64,000 bases of DNA from an uncultured Acidobacteriota bacterium (GTDB lineage: Bacteria; Acidobacteriota; Vicinamibacteria; Vicinamibacterales; JAKQTR01), in assembly GCA_963813325.1 (NCBI GenBank), contig CAWEYM010000001.1, positions 75,356 to 139,355 on the forward strand, in the 5' to 3' direction. This document shows, piece by piece, positions 20,079 to 28,964 of the stretch. Every line of letters begins with the position of its first letter. The stretch's first letter is position 1. The position numbers and the translations under genes were made by a program. Under the pieces are notes generated by a model. It worked only from the letters and a program-made list of their open reading frames with translations, did no database searches and had not been told where the DNA came from.

Positions 20079-21454
20079 TCGTGACGATCCCTGAGGTCAT
20101 CGAACGGCCTGCCAGCGCCGCCGACCGCGTGGTGGCCGGCTACGTACGCGAGTTCGCGGTGTTCGCGCCGGGGCGCCGCGCAGCCGAACCCGCGTGGGTG
20201 CAGGAGGATCGGCGGCGCGCCATCGAGGCGTTCGAGCGGCTCCGCCTCCCCACCACCCGCCACGAGGAGTGGCGCTTCACGCCGATCGCGCCGATCGCGG
20301 CGGCCGTGTTTCCGCCGGCTCCGGCCGTGCCCGCGCCTGCCCGTGAACTGCTCGCCGACCTGTCGGCCGGGCCGGCCTCGGTCGAACTGGTGTTCGTCAA
20401 CGGCGTCTTCGCCCCGACCCTGTCGAGGCTCGAGGGCCTGCCGGAGGGTGTGCGCGTCGAATCGCTGGCCGCGGTGCTGGCGCGAGACGGAAACGCCGTC
20501 CGGCCCGCGCTGGGCCGCCTGGCGTGTGCCGACCGCCACGCCTTCACGGCGCTGAACGCGGCGTTCTTCGTCGACGGCGCCGCCGTCAGCATCCCGGACG
20601 GCGTGGTCGTCGACGCGCCGCTGCACCTGGTCTTCCTGTCCGAGGCCGCGGCGCGCCCCTTCGTGTCGCACCCACGCGTGCTCATCGTCGCCGGCGCCCA
20701 CAGCCAGGCCCGCATCGTCGAGACCTACGCGGGCCGCGGCGAGCAGGCCTACTGGACCAACGCTGTCTCCGAGCTGGTGCTGGGCGACGCGGCGGTCGTG
20801 GAGCATTACCGCGTGCAGCGCGAGAGCGCGCGGGCCTTCCACCTCGGGAGCATGCACGTGCGCTGCGGGCGCGGCAGCGCCTTTTCGTCGCACGCGATCA
20901 GCCTCGGGGGCGCGCTGGTCCGCAACGAGGTCACCGCGGTGCTGGATGACGAGGGCGCGACCTGCACGCTCGGCGGGCTCTACGCCGCCGACGGCGACGC
21001 GCTGGTCGACAACCACACCACCATCGACCACGCGAAGCCGCACTGCACCAGCCACGAGCTGTACAAGGGCGTGCTCGGCGGACGAGCCCGCGGGGTGTTC
21101 AACGGCAAGATCGTGGTCCGGCCCGACGCGCAGAAGACCGACGCGAAGCAGACCAACAAGGCCCTGCTCCTGTCGGACCACGCGATGATCAACTCGAAGC
21201 CGCAGCTCGAGATCTTCGCCAACGACGTCAAGTGCACCCACGGCGCCGCCGTGGGGCAGCTCGACGACGACGCGGTGTTCTACCTGCGGGCGCGAGGGCT
21301 CGACGGCAGCCAGGCCCGGCGCATGCTGATCCAGGCCTTCGTGCGCGAGGTGCTCGACGGCATGCGGCTCGAGCCGCTGCGCGCCGGCGTCGAGCGGACC
21401 CTCATGGCCACGCTGTCGGAGATGCTCGATCGGCAGGTGCCGGAGCCGGCGTAG
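20075..21454 (+). CDS. sufD: Fe-S cluster assembly protein SufD
   Basis: GTG overlaps the sufC stop. The C-terminal SufB/D beta-helix contains HTTIDHAKPHCTSHELYKGVL and PQLEIFANDVKCTHGAAVGQLD. Confidence 0.9.
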   Translation: MIVTIPEVIERPASAADRVVAGYVREFAVFAPGRRAAEPAWVQEDRRRAIEAFERLRLPTTRHEEWRFTPIAPIAAAVFPPAPAVPAPARELLADLSAGPASVELVFVNGVFAPTLSRLEGLPEGVRVESLAAVLARDGNAVRPALGRLACADRHAFTALNAAFFVDGAAVSIPDGVVVDAPLHLVFLSEAAARPFVSHPRVLIVAGAHSQARIVETYAGRGEQAYWTNAVSELVLGDAAVVEHYRVQRESARAFHLGSMHVRCGRGSAFSSHAISLGGALVRNEVTAVLDDEGATCTLGGLYAADGDALVDNHTTIDHAKPHCTSHELYKGVLGGRARGVFNGKIVVRPDAQKTDAKQTNKALLLSDHAMINSKPQLEIFANDVKCTHGAAVGQLDDDAVFYLRARGLDGSQARRMLIQAFVREVLDGMRLEPLRAGVERTLMATLSEMLDRQVPEPA

Positions 21455-21502
21455 TCGGGCCGCGGCGCCGGGGGGCCCGGCCCCGCCGGGGCGAGGTGTG
21501 AC

Positions 21503-21832
21503 ATGGTGGCCATCGATCCGCTGAAGACGCTGGAGTTGAAGCCGAAGATCATCGAGGCCCTGTCGACGGTCTTCGACCCCGAGATCCCGGTCAACATCTA
21601 TGAGCTCGGCCTGATCTACGACATCGCCGTCGACGCCGCCGGCGCCGTGGACATCAGCATGACGCTCACGTCGCCGTCATGCCCCTCGGCGCAGACCCTG
21701 CCCCCGGAAGTCCAGTACAAGGTCAGGCAGGTCCCGGGCGTCACGGACGCGCGGGTCGAGGTCGTGTGGGATCCCCCCTGGGACAAGGACCGGATGAGCG
21801 AGGCCGCCAGGCTGGAGCTGGGCCTGATGTAG
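21503..21832 (+). CDS. sufT: DUF59/MIP18-family Fe-S assembly factor (SufT-like)
   Basis: 109 aa with the motif VFDPEIPVNIYELGLIYDI and the conserved Cys in LTSPSCP. It lies directly after sufD. Confidence 0.85.
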   Translation: MVAIDPLKTLELKPKIIEALSTVFDPEIPVNIYELGLIYDIAVDAAGAVDISMTLTSPSCPSAQTLPPEVQYKVRQVPGVTDARVEVVWDPPWDKDRMSEAARLELGLM

Positions 21833-22055
21833 CGGCCCCTGGAGGTCGCCCGACGTCCCGTCCGCACCAGGCTCCCGAACGCCCTCCCGCGGGTGGCTTC
21901 GCAACCCAATCCGACTCCTGTATGCTTTCCGTCGCACCTGCGCGCGCATGTCCCGGGCATTGGGCGCGCCGGTCTTGATCCATCCCGTCGGCCGGCACAG
22001 GCGCCCGGCCGCGGTGGCATCGGCTTTCTATTACCCACGCGACGAAGGGGTACCC

Positions 22056-24230
22056 ATGAAGAAGCTCGTTCTGATCCTCGTGGCGGCACTGACCGCCTCC
22101 CTGTCCAGCCAGCAGGCCCCGACGGCCGACGTCGCAGCCTGGGAACGTCGAGCCGAGAACGTCACCATCGTTCGGGACGACTGGGGTATCCCCCACGTCC
22201 ACGGGAAGACGGACGCCGATGCCGTTTTCGGCCTGATGTACGCACAGGCGGAGGACGACTTCAACCGCGTGGAGACGAACTACCTCAACGCCATGGGCCG
22301 CCTCGCGGAGGCGGAAGGCGAGGCCGAGATCTACCGCGACCTGCGCATGAAGCTCTTCATCGACCCTGCCGACCTGAAGGCGCAGTACGACGCAAGCCCG
22401 GCGTGGCTGAAGGCGCTGATGAACGCGTTCGCCGACGGCTTGAACTACTACCTCTCCACGCACCCGCAGGTCACGCCCAGGGTCATCAGGCATTTCGAAC
22501 CGTGGATGGCGCTGAGCTTCAGCGAGGGCAGCGTCGGCGGAGACATCGAGCGGGTCTCCCTCAACGGGCTCCAGGCCTTCTACGGGAAGGGCCCCGCGGG
22601 AGGCGCACCGCCCAGGCAGGACGACCGCCCGGCGGAACCGACCGGATCGAACGGGTTCGCGATCGCGCCCTCGAACACCACCGCCGGTCACGCCCTGCTG
22701 CTGATCAATCCTCACACCTCCTTCTTCTTCCGCGCCGAGGTGCAGGTCGCCAGCGACGAGGGCCTGAATGCCTACGGCGCGGTCACGTGGGGTCAGTTCT
22801 TCGTGTACCAGGGGTTCAACGATCGGGCAGGGTGGATGCACACGTCGAGCGGGGTGGACAACATCGACGAGTACCTGGAAACGATCGTGAAGAAGGGCGA
22901 TGGCCTGTACTACCGCTACGGGAGCGAGGACAGACCCGTGACGGTGAAGACGATCACGGTGCCGTACAAGACCGCCGCCGGCATGGCGAGGAAGGAGTTC
23001 ACCGTCTTCCGCACCCATCACGGACCGATCGTCCGCGAGGCCAACGGCAAATGGGTGAGCGTGCGGCTGATGGAGGAGCCCCTGAAGGCCCTGACCCAGT
23101 CCTACACGCGAACCAAGGCGAGGAACTACAAGGCGTTCCGCGAGACGATGGAACTGCACACCAACTCGTCCAACAACACGATCTTCGCCGATGCCGACGG
23201 CAACATCGCGTACTTCCACGCCAACTTCATCCCGAAGCGCGACACCCGCTTCAACTGGAACGTCCCGGTGGATGGCAGCGACCCGGCCACGGAGTGGCAC
23301 GGCGTGCTCTCGATCGACGAGACGCCCGGGCTGCTGAATCCCGCCAACGGGTGGATCCAGAACACGAACAACTGGCCGTACTCGGCCGCGGGCCCGAATA
23401 GCCCGAAGAAGCAGGACTACCCCGCGTACGTGGAGACCGGCGGTGAGAGCCCGCGAGGGCTTCACGCCATCCGCGTGCTGGAGCACAAGAAGGACTTCAC
23501 GCTGGACTCGCTGATCGCGGCGGCCTACGACAGCTACCTCACGGCGTTCGCCGACCTCGTCCCGTCGCTGGTCAAGGCCTACGACGAGACCCCGGCTGCC
23601 GACCCGTTGAAGGCCAGGCTGGCCGACCAGGTCACGCTCCTGCGGGAGTGGGACCTTCGGTGGTCGACCTCGTCGATTCCCACATCCCTGGCCGTCTTCT
23701 GGGGCGAGGCGCTGTGGCAACGCGCGAGGGCCGACGCCGAGGACGAGAACATGCCGATTTACGCCTACATGGCCACCCGGACGACGGCGGCGCAGCGCCT
23801 GCAGGCACTCGCCGAGGCATCCGACAAGCTGGCAGCCGACTTCGGCACCTGGAAGACGCCGTGGGGCGACATCAACCGATTCCAGCGTCTCACCGGGGAC
23901 ATCGTCCAGCCGTTCAGCGACGCGGCGCCGAGCATTCCCGTCGGGTTCACGTCGTCCCGATGGGGCTCGCTGGCCTCATTCGGGGCACGCGCATACAAGG
24001 GGACGAAGAAGCTCTACGGCACCAGCGGGAACAGCTTCGTGGCGGTGGTCGAGTTCGGCGACCAGGTCAGGGCCAAGGCGGTCACCGCTGGTGGCGAGAG
24101 CGGCAATCCTGCCTCGCCGCACTTCAACGATCAGGCCGTGCGGTACAGCACCGGCGCCTTGAGGGACGTGTACTTCTACCGAACACAGCTCAAGGGTCAC
24201 ATCGAGCGGGAGTATCACCCGGGACGCTGA
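22056..24230 (+). CDS. Penicillin acylase / acyl-homoserine-lactone acylase family (peptidase S45, Ntn hydrolase), secreted
   Basis: Signal peptide MKKLVLILVAALTASLS, then WGIPHVHG and the Ntn nucleophile context GSNGFAIAPSNT. ATG 22056 follows AAGGGG. Confidence 0.9.
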   Translation: MKKLVLILVAALTASLSSQQAPTADVAAWERRAENVTIVRDDWGIPHVHGKTDADAVFGLMYAQAEDDFNRVETNYLNAMGRLAEAEGEAEIYRDLRMKLFIDPADLKAQYDASPAWLKALMNAFADGLNYYLSTHPQVTPRVIRHFEPWMALSFSEGSVGGDIERVSLNGLQAFYGKGPAGGAPPRQDDRPAEPTGSNGFAIAPSNTTAGHALLLINPHTSFFFRAEVQVASDEGLNAYGAVTWGQFFVYQGFNDRAGWMHTSSGVDNIDEYLETIVKKGDGLYYRYGSEDRPVTVKTITVPYKTAAGMARKEFTVFRTHHGPIVREANGKWVSVRLMEEPLKALTQSYTRTKARNYKAFRETMELHTNSSNNTIFADADGNIAYFHANFIPKRDTRFNWNVPVDGSDPATEWHGVLSIDETPGLLNPANGWIQNTNNWPYSAAGPNSPKKQDYPAYVETGGESPRGLHAIRVLEHKKDFTLDSLIAAAYDSYLTAFADLVPSLVKAYDETPAADPLKARLADQVTLLREWDLRWSTSSIPTSLAVFWGEALWQRARADAEDENMPIYAYMATRTTAAQRLQALAEASDKLAADFGTWKTPWGDINRFQRLTGDIVQPFSDAAPSIPVGFTSSRWGSLASFGARAYKGTKKLYGTSGNSFVAVVEFGDQVRAKAVTAGGESGNPASPHFNDQAVRYSTGALRDVYFYRTQLKGHIEREYHPGR

Positions 24231-24265
24231 GGACAAGACTTGCGGCTCGCGGCCATCGGTCGCGA

Positions 24266-25516
24266 TCACCGCATCGCGCCACCCGCCTGCTTGATCAACA
24301 GGCGCGCCGGCGGGTTCACGCCACTCAGGCCTGTTATCACGATCTCGGCCGTGCGCGGGGCGCTGGGCGCGTAGTTGCCGTCGACGTGGTAGCGGATCCG
24401 TCCCGCACCAGTGCCGCGATCGGTGTTGCGCTCGAACCGGATCCAGGGCACGGGAGTGGTCGCCTGCCAGCTGCAGGTGCCGGGCTGCGCGTGGACGTCC
24501 GCGTACGCCACTCCCTCGCCAGCCCCGTCGTACGTGCCCCCGCGCCAGAAGCTGGCTTCCGTCGGCGACACCGTGTAGAGGCAGGTCGCGGCGGACTGCG
24601 TGATCTGCTGGACGAGCCGGACATCGCCCGAGTCGCCGTGCACCACCACGCCGCCAGATCGAGAGGTGAACGCCGCATTGGGCGACACCGTGTAGGTGAC
24701 GGTCGCCGGCCCGCTGCCGCGCGACACCGGACCGACACGGATCCAGCTCTCGCCGATGGTCTCGGCTTCCCCCCACCAACTGCACGTTGGCCCGGTCTGA
24801 ATGGTGACCGAGCCTTGTCCGCCCGAGGCGTTGAGCCCCACCGACGCGGGCACGATGTTGTACGTACAGGCCGGGACTGATGTGCCGTCCTGGTTGACGA
24901 CCAGCGCTCGAGTGCCAATGGTCACGACGCCGCTGCGCGGCGCGGAGTCCGTGTTCGGCGCCACGATGACGCCGATGGTCCCGTTCCCCAGCCCGTTCGG
25001 CGCCCCGTCGTCGTCGGGCACGACCTGGATCCACGGCGCGCCGCTCGAAAAGCCCCACGCGCACGTCTCGCCCGTGAGCACCTGGACGGTGAACCCGCCG
25101 CCCGCCGATCCGATCGAGCGGTTGGACGGCCGCAAGTCGAAAGCGCACGAGGGCGACGGCGATGCCCCGTCCTGCGCGACCTGCACTGCCTGCTGGGCGA
25201 CCGTGACCGTGCCGGCGCGAGCCGTCCCGTGCGTGTTCGCCAGCGCGCCGATGGCGACGCTGCCGGTACCGACACCGGATGACCCGCTCGTGACGCTGAG
25301 CCATCCGGTCGTCGTTGCGGCGCTCCACGAGCAGCCGGCTGGAGCCGCAACCGAAATGGTCGCAGACGAGGCCCCGGAACCCAGTGTGACCGTGACGGGT
25401 GACACGCCGATGCGGCTGCAGTCGGTGGGAGCGGTGGGCGTCTTCCCTCCACACGCGTGGAGCACGAGCAGCGTCGTGACAGTGACACCAATCGAGAGGA
25501 AACGCCGGCGGTCCAT
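24266..25516 (-). CDS. Tat-type lipoprotein with four BACON/Ig-like repeats
   Basis: MDRRRFLSIGVTVTTLLVLHACGG contains a twin-Arg motif plus a lipobox. It is followed by four ~95-aa repeats, each with a C...C-x-W pattern and a ...R-x-G-x-V-x-V segment. Confidence 0.75.
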   Translation of the reverse strand: MDRRRFLSIGVTVTTLLVLHACGGKTPTAPTDCSRIGVSPVTVTLGSGASSATISVAAPAGCSWSAATTTGWLSVTSGSSGVGTGSVAIGALANTHGTARAGTVTVAQQAVQVAQDGASPSPSCAFDLRPSNRSIGSAGGGFTVQVLTGETCAWGFSSGAPWIQVVPDDDGAPNGLGNGTIGVIVAPNTDSAPRSGVVTIGTRALVVNQDGTSVPACTYNIVPASVGLNASGGQGSVTIQTGPTCSWWGEAETIGESWIRVGPVSRGSGPATVTYTVSPNAAFTSRSGGVVVHGDSGDVRLVQQITQSAATCLYTVSPTEASFWRGGTYDGAGEGVAYADVHAQPGTCSWQATTPVPWIRFERNTDRGTGAGRIRYHVDGNYAPSAPRTAEIVITGLSGVNPPARLLIKQAGGAMR

Positions 25517-25740
25517 ACGGTCCCCCAGCACCGGGCGGGGGCACCCGGGTCATGATCGGGCCAGGCGCGCGCCCCGTGAGGCGGCCCCGGCTGGCGACAA
25601 GCATACGCCTGCAGCCCGCCCTGCGACAGCCGGCAGCCTGCCGCCGCGCCGGGCAAGTCCACCGGCTCGCACCCCTCTGGCTGGGCAGGTGGGTGGGCCG
25701 GCATCGAGGAAGGCTCAGCCGGCGGCGGCGCCGACAAGCA

Positions 25741-25777
25741 CAAAGGCCATCACCCGGCGTGCGGGTGATGGCCTTTG
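25741..25777 (-). terminator. Intrinsic-terminator-like hairpin downstream of the M24 peptidase gene
   Basis: The 16-bp perfect stem CAAAGGCCATCACCCG / CGGGTGATGGCCTTTG has a 5-nt loop. It is followed on the minus strand by TGCTTGT. Confidence 0.7.
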
Positions 25778-25827
25778 CGGTGTCTGTCGTTCGTGTGTCG
25801 ACGCTTGGATCAGATCCGTTTCCTGTC

Positions 25828-27129
25828 TCAGATCTCGACGCCCTCATACGGCGCCTCGATCGACCGGCTCGGTGGTGTCAGCAGTTCGGCGCCGTTCTCG
25901 GTGATGAGCATGTCGTCCTCGAGCCGCACGCCGAACTCGCCGGGAATGTAGACACCTGGTTCGTCGCTGAACGTCATGCCTGGCTGCAGTTTCAGGGTGT
26001 TGGTACGGACCAGGTAGGGCCACTCGTGGCCGTCCATGCCCAGGCCGTGGCCAAGGCGGTGCGTAAAGTACTTGTAGTCAGGTCCGTAGCCCGCGTCGAC
26101 GATGACCTTGCGGGCCGCCGCGTCGACCGCCTGGGCTTCCACGCCCGGTCGCGCTGTATCGACCGCGGCCTTCTGGGCGCGCTGCACGATCTCGAAGACT
26201 TGTTTCATCTTGTCGGTGGCCTTACCCAGTACGAACGTCCGACTGATGTCGGAACGGTAGCCCTCTACGCTGCAGCCGCCGTCGATCAGCAGGGCTGCCC
26301 CCTCTCGGATTACCTGCGGTGTCACCGACCCGTGGGGCAGGGCCGAGAACTCGCCGACCTGGACGCCGGCACGGCCCTGGAAGCCGAGTCTGGCGTGTGC
26401 GGCCGCGATCAGGTCGCTGAACTGGTTCTGAGTCATGCCGACCTTGAGCGCCTGAAATGCAGCCGCGTACGCCTTCAGCGTGACTTTTGCCGCGAGGCGC
26501 ATCAGCTCGATTTCGTGCGCGTCCTTCACGCCCCGGCAGCCGGCGGTGACTGGCGTGCCGCTGACGACCTTGAGCGCGGGCGCGACCGACGCAAGTCCAT
26601 CGCTGAAGACGAACCGGACCGTCTCTTCCATCCCCACGCGCCCAGCCGAGAGGCCACGGTCCTTGAGGCCCTGGGCGATCCGTTCGTAGGGACTCTCGTG
26701 CTCCTGCCAGGTCCGAACGTCAGCCGTGCCGAGGGGCCCGGCGCCGATCTGCTCCCGCGCGCGACCTTCCTCGAAGGCCGGGCACACGACGAACGGCTCA
26801 CCCTTGACCGGGAGGACGACGGCGAAGAGGCGCTCGCTCAGTCCCCAGTTGACGTTGAGGTAGTACAGCATCGACGTCCCCCCGCACAGCATCAGGGCGT
26901 CGAGCTTCTGCTCGGCCATCAACGTGCGTGCCTTCTCCAGGCGCGCGCGGCGTTCGTCATTGGTGATCGGCCGTGCCTGGGCCTTCATCGATGTCAGGTT
27001 GGCGAACGCCGGAGGTTCGGCCTTGCCAGGGGGCTGCGGGACCGCCTGGGCCGTCCCCGATTTGCAGCCGACAGTGAAAGCAGTCAAGCCTGTGGCGGTT
27101 GTTTGTATGAAAACGCGACGGGTCTGCAT
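25828..27129 (-). CDS. M24-family metallopeptidase (Xaa-Pro aminopeptidase/prolidase-like), Tat-exported
   Basis: Tat motif MQTRRVFIQTTATG. M24 metal-ligand regions HRLGHGLGMDGHEWP and GVRLEDD are present. GGAGGA lies before ATG 27129. Confidence 0.9.
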   Translation of the reverse strand: MQTRRVFIQTTATGLTAFTVGCKSGTAQAVPQPPGKAEPPAFANLTSMKAQARPITNDERRARLEKARTLMAEQKLDALMLCGGTSMLYYLNVNWGLSERLFAVVLPVKGEPFVVCPAFEEGRAREQIGAGPLGTADVRTWQEHESPYERIAQGLKDRGLSAGRVGMEETVRFVFSDGLASVAPALKVVSGTPVTAGCRGVKDAHEIELMRLAAKVTLKAYAAAFQALKVGMTQNQFSDLIAAAHARLGFQGRAGVQVGEFSALPHGSVTPQVIREGAALLIDGGCSVEGYRSDISRTFVLGKATDKMKQVFEIVQRAQKAAVDTARPGVEAQAVDAAARKVIVDAGYGPDYKYFTHRLGHGLGMDGHEWPYLVRTNTLKLQPGMTFSDEPGVYIPGEFGVRLEDDMLITENGAELLTPPSRSIEAPYEGVEI

Positions 27130-27223
27130 TTGGTCCTCCGCTACGAGACACCCATTGGTGATCACTTGCGTGTTGATCACGGGGATCAGTGTTGGGGGCT
27201 CCTACATCCGGGCAACGTCTTCA

Positions 27224-28828
27224 TCAAGGCTTGGGCGTCTTCTTGGCTCGCTCAGCTCGGGCGCTGGCCACCATCTCCCTCGTTTCCTTCATGATGGTCG
27301 GCACGTGGTACGGGATGCCGTCCTTGATCGTCCACTCGATCCCGCCCCCATGGACGTTCTTCACCGCCGGGTCGCCAGGCGTCACCGGAGTGTAGCTCGG
27401 AACCGGCTTTCCGTTGATCGTCATGATGTCGGTCCCGTACGGGTTCAGCAGCCGCAGATTGTCCAGCGGGTTGCCGTTCACCACGAGCAGGTCCGCCACG
27501 AACCCCTGCCGCACCTTGCCCAGGCGGTCTTCCATGCCGATCACCTTCGCGCCGTTGACCGTCGCATTCTTGATCACTTCCAGCGGGCTGAACCCCGCCT
27601 CCTCCATCAGTTCCAGTTCGTGGATGGTACCGAAACCGTAGAGCGAGTAAATGAACCCCGCGTCGTCGCCCACCGCCACCACGCCGCCCTTCAGCGCGAA
27701 GTCGCGTACCGCCTTCATCATGACCTGGAAGGTCTTCTTCCACCGCACTTCCTGGGTATTCGTCCACCCCAGGAAGTACGAGCCGTGGGAGCGCAGGTCG
27801 GGTTTGAAATAGTCCTCCATGGTCGGGTGCAGATACTCCTTGTACCACGGCAGGTTCTGGGACCGGATGAGGTCGCGACTCGCGATGTAGATCGAGAAGG
27901 TGGGGCACCAGGCCACCTTGTTCCGGACCATCAGGTCCAGGACGTCGGAGAGCTTCTGGGGATTCAGGTTGGCCTGAGTGTACAGTTCCCCGGCCCTGCC
28001 GAACCGGTGGATCTCGTTGTTGGCGTTGTGATCGGGCGGGAAGTCCTGGATGCCGTCCAGCGCGGCGTCCGGGATGCCGTAGAAGTGCTCGATCGACGTC
28101 ACTCCCAGTTCCGCGAAGTCCTTCGCCGTGGTCTCCTCCACCGCGATGTGGGTGGCGGTCCGCATGCCCTGCTTGTGGGCCTCGTCGAGCACGCTTTCGA
28201 GCAGATCACGGTCGATGCCAAAGATCTTGATCCCGTCGGCGCCGGCGGCCTTGGCCCACCGGACGCCCTCACGCACCGTCGCTGGTGTCTCGGGGCCGGT
28301 GCCGCGCCCCCGCCATGACGCCGTGTAGATGAGAATCCGCGGTGCGATGAGGGTGTGTGCTGCGCTGTCGGCGCGCCACTTCTTGGCCTTCTCGAGATCG
28401 GATCCGACATCACGCACCGTGGTCACGCCGGATGCCAGGTAGAGATTGGCTTCGTACTGGAACGGCTGCGGGACGCCCCCACGCTCGTCCTGCAGGTGCA
28501 TGTGGGCGTTGATGATCCCCGGCATGACGTACTTGCCGGTCGCGTCGATCACCGCGTCGGCCGGCGGGTCATCTTTCCGCATCGAACCGACACGCGCGAT
28601 GATCCCGTCCTGCACGAGGATGTCGACCGGCCCGAAGGCGGGCTTGGCGTTACCGTAGATGACCATCGCGTTCTTGATGAGCAGGCGTTTGACAGCCTGG
28701 GCGTGCGTGGGTGCCGGGGCGGCGGGCGACGGTCCGCGCTGGGCGTCCATCGAAACCGACGCCGCCAGAACCAGCACCACCAGCGGCGCGAGCAGCATGA
28801 ATTGGCGACGAATCAGTGCGAATCCCAT
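27224..28828 (-). CDS. Amidohydrolase-family metal-dependent hydrolase, secreted
   Basis: Signal peptide MGFALIRRQFMLLAPLVVLVLAAS and the H-x-H motif in PGIINAHMHLQDE. GGAGGA lies before ATG 28828. Confidence 0.85.
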   Translation of the reverse strand: MGFALIRRQFMLLAPLVVLVLAASVSMDAQRGPSPAAPAPTHAQAVKRLLIKNAMVIYGNAKPAFGPVDILVQDGIIARVGSMRKDDPPADAVIDATGKYVMPGIINAHMHLQDERGGVPQPFQYEANLYLASGVTTVRDVGSDLEKAKKWRADSAAHTLIAPRILIYTASWRGRGTGPETPATVREGVRWAKAAGADGIKIFGIDRDLLESVLDEAHKQGMRTATHIAVEETTAKDFAELGVTSIEHFYGIPDAALDGIQDFPPDHNANNEIHRFGRAGELYTQANLNPQKLSDVLDLMVRNKVAWCPTFSIYIASRDLIRSQNLPWYKEYLHPTMEDYFKPDLRSHGSYFLGWTNTQEVRWKKTFQVMMKAVRDFALKGGVVAVGDDAGFIYSLYGFGTIHELELMEEAGFSPLEVIKNATVNGAKVIGMEDRLGKVRQGFVADLLVVNGNPLDNLRLLNPYGTDIMTINGKPVPSYTPVTPGDPAVKNVHGGGIEWTIKDGIPYHVPTIMKETREMVASARAERAKKTPKP

Positions 28829-28925
28829 GAGAGGCTTCCTCCAGACGTATGACGACAGGATGAGTTGAGGCTGCAGGGTCGTGATCCCGACGAGTCGGCC
28901 GCCGGTCCGAGGCGACTTGGCATCA

Positions 28926-28952
28926 GCGGGCGCCCCTCGCTGGAGCGCCCGC
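28926..28952 (-). terminator. Hairpin between the TonB receptor and amidohydrolase genes (possible attenuator or partial terminator)
   Basis: GCGGGCGC / GCGCCCGC forms an 8-bp stem with an 11-nt loop, 13 nt after the receptor stop. Confidence 0.4.
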
Positions 28953-28964
28953 CGTGGAAGATCT

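Noticed and set aside
27130-27180. Upstream 17 codons of the M24 peptidase track ORF (MINTQVITNGCLVAEDQ).
   Set aside because: ATG 27129 has GGAGGA upstream and starts a Tat signal. The upstream stretch coincides with the GATCA-repeat spacer.
28858-28875. 15-nt match (CCTCAACTCAtCCTG on the minus strand) to part of the 100-nt repeat.
   Set aside because: It is a single short match in the opposite orientation relative to the gene, with no flanking similarity. By rough estimate this is compatible with chance.
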